The translations under genes were made by a program, and so were the position numbers. Shown here one piece after another: positions 59,919 to 64,000 of a stretch of DNA of 64,000 nucleotides. Position 1 is the stretch's first letter; the number at the start of each line of letters is the position of its first letter. Under the pieces are notes generated by a model, which did no database searches, was not told the DNA's origin, and worked only from the letters and a program-made list of their open reading frames with translations. The DNA comes from Mobula hypostoma. Taxonomy: Eukaryota. The stretch covers positions 111,540,001 through 111,604,000 of the forward strand of contig NC_086097.1 in assembly GCF_963921235.1 (NCBI RefSeq), read 5' to 3'.

Positions 59919-61330
59919 CAAAGTATTATTCTGCCTGATCCCATAGACCTGACCTGGCCATAACCCTCCATACCTCGCCCTTCCTTGTACTTAACCAAAT
60001 TTCTCTAAAATGTTGAACTTGAATCTGTATCCACCACTTCTCCTGGTTGTTTGTTCCACATTCTCACCACTCTCTGGGTGAAGAAGTTCACCCTCATGTT
60101 CCCCTTAAGTATTTGATCTATCACCCTTAACAGATGACCTCTAGTTGTAGTCTCACCCAACCTCAGTGGAAAACACCTTCTTGCATTTACCCTATCTATT
60201 CCCCTCATAATTTTGCTCAGATCTTTCAAATTCTCGTACACTCTAGGGAATAAAGTCCAAACCTATTCAATCTTTCCCCTATAACTCAGGTCCTCAAGTC
60301 CCAACAACATCCTTGTAAATTTTCTCTGCAGTCTTTCAATCATATTGATATCCTTCCTGTAGGTAGATGACTAGAGCAGCACACAATTCTTCAAACTAGG
60401 TGTCACCAACGTCTTAAACAACTTCAACATGATATCCTAAATCCTGTACTCAGTACTTTGATTTATGAAGGCCAAGATGCTAGAAGCTTTCTTTATACCC
60501 CATCTACCTGTGACACCACTTGTAAGGGTCAGTTTTCCCAATTCCATCCATTCTACCACACTCTGCAGTGCTCTACTGCTCACCGTCTTCAGTCCTACAC
60601 TGGTTTGTCTTCTCAACATGCAACACCTCACACTGTCTGCATTAAATTCCACATGCCATTTTTCAGCCCATTTTTCCATACCACTGCAAGCTTGGATAGC
60701 TTCCCTCACTGTCCACTACATCCCCCAATCTCGGTGTCATCCACAGTTTACCACATTATCATCCAGATCGTTGATGTAGATAACAAACAATGGACTCAGC
60801 ACCAATCTCTGAGGCACACCACTAGCCACAGGCCCCCAGTCAGAGAGGCAGCCATCTGCTTACACTCTCTGGCTTTTCCAAGGGAACACCTCGTCAGACC
60901 CTGAGGATTTATCCACCCTGGTTTACTGCAAGACAGCAATCACCTCTGCCCCCATGGTCCATTTCCGTCTGCTGTTTTGCTGCACTTCTGTAGACTCTGA
61001 CCATCTCCTGGGTAAATACAGATGCAAAAAAAATCCATTTCAGGTTTGCCCCCATCTCTTTCGGCTCCATGTATAGATGACCACTCTACTCTCGTAGAAG
61101 ACCAGTTTTGCTCCTTGCTATCCTTTAGCTCTTAATATGTATGTTGAAGCCTTTGGGATTCTCCTTCACCTTGTCTGCTAGAGGTACCTCATGTCTTCTT
61201 GAGTCTCCTGATTTCCTCCTTAAGTGTTCTCTTCCATTTCTTATACCCCCACCAGTTACTCATTTTCCCTTGCCGCCTATACCTGCTATGCACCTCATTC
61301 TTAACCAAGGCCTCACTATCTCTCAAATTT
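59919..61330 (-). mobile_element. Older CR1 copy (host of the RTE-derived insertion; its 3' tip is at 57937-57989)
   Basis: KWAEKWHVEFNAD; IMRGIDRVNARRCFPLRLGETTTRGH. Confidence 0.8.
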
Positions 61331-61970
61331 CAGGTTTTCTCTCAGCCTTGTTGCTCCAAAAGAAATAGTCCCAGCATATCCAGTTTCTCCTAATAATTGA
61401 AATACTTTATCCAAGGCGACATCCTAGTAATCTTCTCTGCAACCTTTACAGTGTTATTGAATTATTCTTACAGTGTGGTGACCAGAAATACACACAGTGC
61501 TCCACTTGTGGCCTCACTAATGACTTAGTTATTTGTTCTATAATTTCCCAGCTCCTGTATTCTATGTCCCAGCTAATGAGAATCGTTTCCAGGGTGGCTT
61601 TTTCACCACTTTATCTACCTCTGTAGCTGTTTTCAAAGATCTTTGTATACCAAAGTTGCTGTGTTCAACTTATGGTTTTATCACTTGTTTTGTGTCTTCT
61701 GACCTTATTAATCATTCCTAAATTCACGATTCCACATTTTTCAGAATTAAATACCAACTGCCATTTATTTTTCTGGCCAATTTACCAATTGATCAGTATT
61801 GTCCTGTGGTCATGGACCACTCTTCTCAGTCTTAAGATTCTATGCTTTTGGAATTTTCAATAATTTATTAACTTTAATCACAGTTCATACAGGAAGTGTC
61901 ACAGTAGAAGGACAAGTAATGGTTACTGTGCTGCTCATAATGATTAACATGCTTTCTTTCTGTGTGTTAG

Positions 61971-62127
61971 CTGCTGAATTGTGAACTAAAACAGTTGTAC
62001 ACAGCCTTCACAAGAGCAAGGGTGAACCTGTGGATATTTGATGAAAACAAAGGAAAACGTGCCCCAGCCTTTGAATACTTCATCAAAGGACATTTTGTCA
62101 ATGTTGTCAAAACCAATGAAGATAAAG
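61971..62127 (+). CDS. TRANK1: TRANK1 exon (window exon 14; helicase motif VI)
   Basis: gttag| LLNCELKQLYTAFTRARVNLWIFDENKGKRAPAFEYF...NEDK G|gtagga. Phase 0/1. Confidence 0.95.
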
Positions 62128-62249
62128 GTAGGAAAACAGTTGTAGAGGATAAAGTAGGTCATATCTCTTAGTATATTTATTAAGGAAGGGTATCTGCAGA
62201 CCAAAAGGCTCAAAGATGATCCTGCCAAATACTTCAATTTAATTATCAG

Positions 62250-62568
62250 GACCATTATGTGTTGGCGCGTGGCCAAGTAGTTAAGGCATTTGTCTAGTGA
62301 TCTAAAGGTCGCTAGTTTGAGCCTCAGCTGAGGCAGCGTGTTGTGTCCTTGAGCAAGGCACTTAACCACACATTGCTCTGCGACGACACCGGTGCCAAGC
62401 TGTATCGGCCCTAGTGCCCTTCCCTTGGATAACATCAGTGGCGTGGAGAGGGGAGACTTGCAGCTTGGGCAACTGCCGGTCTTCCATACAACCTTGCCCA
62501 GGCCTGCACTCTGGAAACCTTCCAAGGCGCAAAGCCATGGTCTCACGAGACTAACGGATGCCTATATA
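62250..62568 (+). mobile_element. tRNA-derived SINE with CORE/Meta-like central domain and 10-bp TSD
   Basis: A box TGGCCAAGTAG, B box GTTTGAGCC, central GTGTCCTTGAGCAAGGCACTTAAC, (TA)n tail. TSD TAATTATCAG at 62240-62249 and 62569-62578. Confidence 0.85.
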
Positions 62569-62629
62569 TAATTATCAGAACAGAAGAATAGAGAAAAACC
62601 TAAACTTTACATGTTTCTCATTGTAATGA

Positions 62630-64000
62630 CTTCATAGAGTCATAAAGTTAAGCTCACCACATCTGTTTTGACTCTTGTGCCTAAACCCACTTGCCTGCAT
62701 GAGTTAATTCTTTGATCATTCAAGTATCTGTCAAGATGCCTGTTAAATGGTGTTACTGCTCCTGTCTCCAATACCTCCTTTGGCAGCTCATTCCAGATAC
62801 CAACTATGCTTTGCATGGCAGATTTACCCCTCAGACCCCTTTAAAGCTCTTCTACTTCTAGATATCCCTACCATTTGAAACAGACTCCGGCTATCAACTC
62901 AATCTGTGTTTCTCATAACTTTATATACCTCTATCAAATCATCTCCCAGCTTCTTTCACTCCAAGGAAAATGAGATGAGCCTACCCAAACTCTCCTGATA
63001 ACTCAAGTCCTCTGAACCAGGTAGCATCCTTGTGCATCTTTTCTGCACTCTTTCTAGCTTAATCACATCCTCCTTATAATATTGTAGACAGTACTGCAAT
63101 GCAGCCTAGTCAGTGGTCTGTTGCAATAGAATTGTACAACAAAGAAACAGACCCTTCAGTCCTTCTGGTCCATTTACATCTATTCTAGTTCTATTTGTCA
63201 GTATTCAGCCCATTTCTCTCTGAACCTTTCCTACTTGTGCAACTGTCTTTTAAAATGTGCGTTTGTACCTGCCTCCACCACTTCCTGCAGCAGCTTGTCT
63301 CACATGTATACCACCCTTTGTGTTTAAAAAAAAATACCCTCAAGTTCATATTAAATCTTCCCCCTCTCATATTAAACCTTAGTTGTCTTCTAGTTCTTGA
63401 TTGCCCAACCCTGGAAAAACACTGAGTGCATTCACCTATCCATGTCCCTTTTGATTTTATACACCTCTATAAGGATCCTCCCAGTCTCCTGTGCTCCATG
63501 GAATGAAGTCTTGGTCTGTCCAACCTCTCCCTATAAGTTAGTCCTTCAAGTATTGGCAACATCTTTCTGAATCTTTTATGCACTCTTTCCAGTTTTTTCC
63601 TATAGTGGAGTGACCAAAACTGAACTGAACCAAGTACTCCCAGGTTTTACACTCAGTTCCCTGACTGATGAAGCCTAGAGTGCCTTCTTCACTACCCTAC
63701 CTAACAGTGATTCCACTTTCAAGGAACCATGCACTTGATCTGTCCTACAACATTGCCTTGCACTTACCTGAATTAATCTGCATTTGCCATTTTTAGCTCA
63801 CGTGCTCTGCTGGTCAATACTTCCGTGTAATTTTTGATAACCACCCACACTATCCACTACGCCACCTGTTTTAGTGTGATTTGCAAACTTATTAAACGTG
63901 CCTTATTAATTGTAATAAATCATTTATATAGATGACAGAAAACAATGGGCGCAAGGCTGACTTCCGAGGCAGACAACTAGTTATGGGCCTCAAATCAGCC
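62630..64000 (-). mobile_element. Several decayed CR1 3'-end fragments
   Basis: Repeated minus-strand CR1 3' sequence (for example TACCTCTATCAAATC and CACTCTTTCCAG). Confidence 0.65.

Noticed and set aside
62258..62335. tRNA gene
   Set aside because: tRNA-like A and B boxes form the head of a TSD-flanked SINE; no convincing cloverleaf.
61986..62546. 186-aa minus-strand ORF
   Set aside because: Chance ORF spanning a SINE and the antisense strand of exon 14.
1..64000. Prokaryotic systems (CRISPR arrays, operons, defence islands)
   Set aside because: The sequence is a spliced vertebrate gene with LINE/SINE-rich introns; no repeat-spacer arrays or operon-like ORF clusters were seen.

Overview
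Vertebrate genomic DNA, most likely from a cartilaginous fish (ray or shark), inferred from the V-SINE, CR1, Rex and Penelope repeat spectrum. The whole window lies inside one + strand gene, TRANK1 (TPR and ankyrin repeat protein 1 / lupus brain antigen 1). I could assemble 14 consecutive GT-AG exons with matching phases (2640-62127; 4831 nt, about 1610 codons, no stops). They run from a TPR segment through the ankyrin repeats, a putative RelE/ParE-fold segment and an SF1/UvrD-like helicase with intact core motifs. The gene start and end lie outside the window. The introns are packed with transposable elements. These include the 5' end of an antisense Ty3/Gypsy element with a PNMA-like Gag (LTR, tRNA-Pro PBS, and two CCHC knuckles hidden behind a 1-nt frameshift), many CR1 and Rex/Babar LINE fragments, and a full-length degenerate Tc1 with about 50-bp MITE derivatives. 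There are also hAT/Charlie elements with 8-bp TSDs, SINEs, bipartite non-autonomous retroelements, and Penelope-type termini carrying minimal hammerhead ribozyme motifs. One of those termini is a 94-bp insertion with a 14-bp TSD. Family assignments come from recalled motifs, not database searches, and repeat boundaries without a TSD or TIR are approximate.
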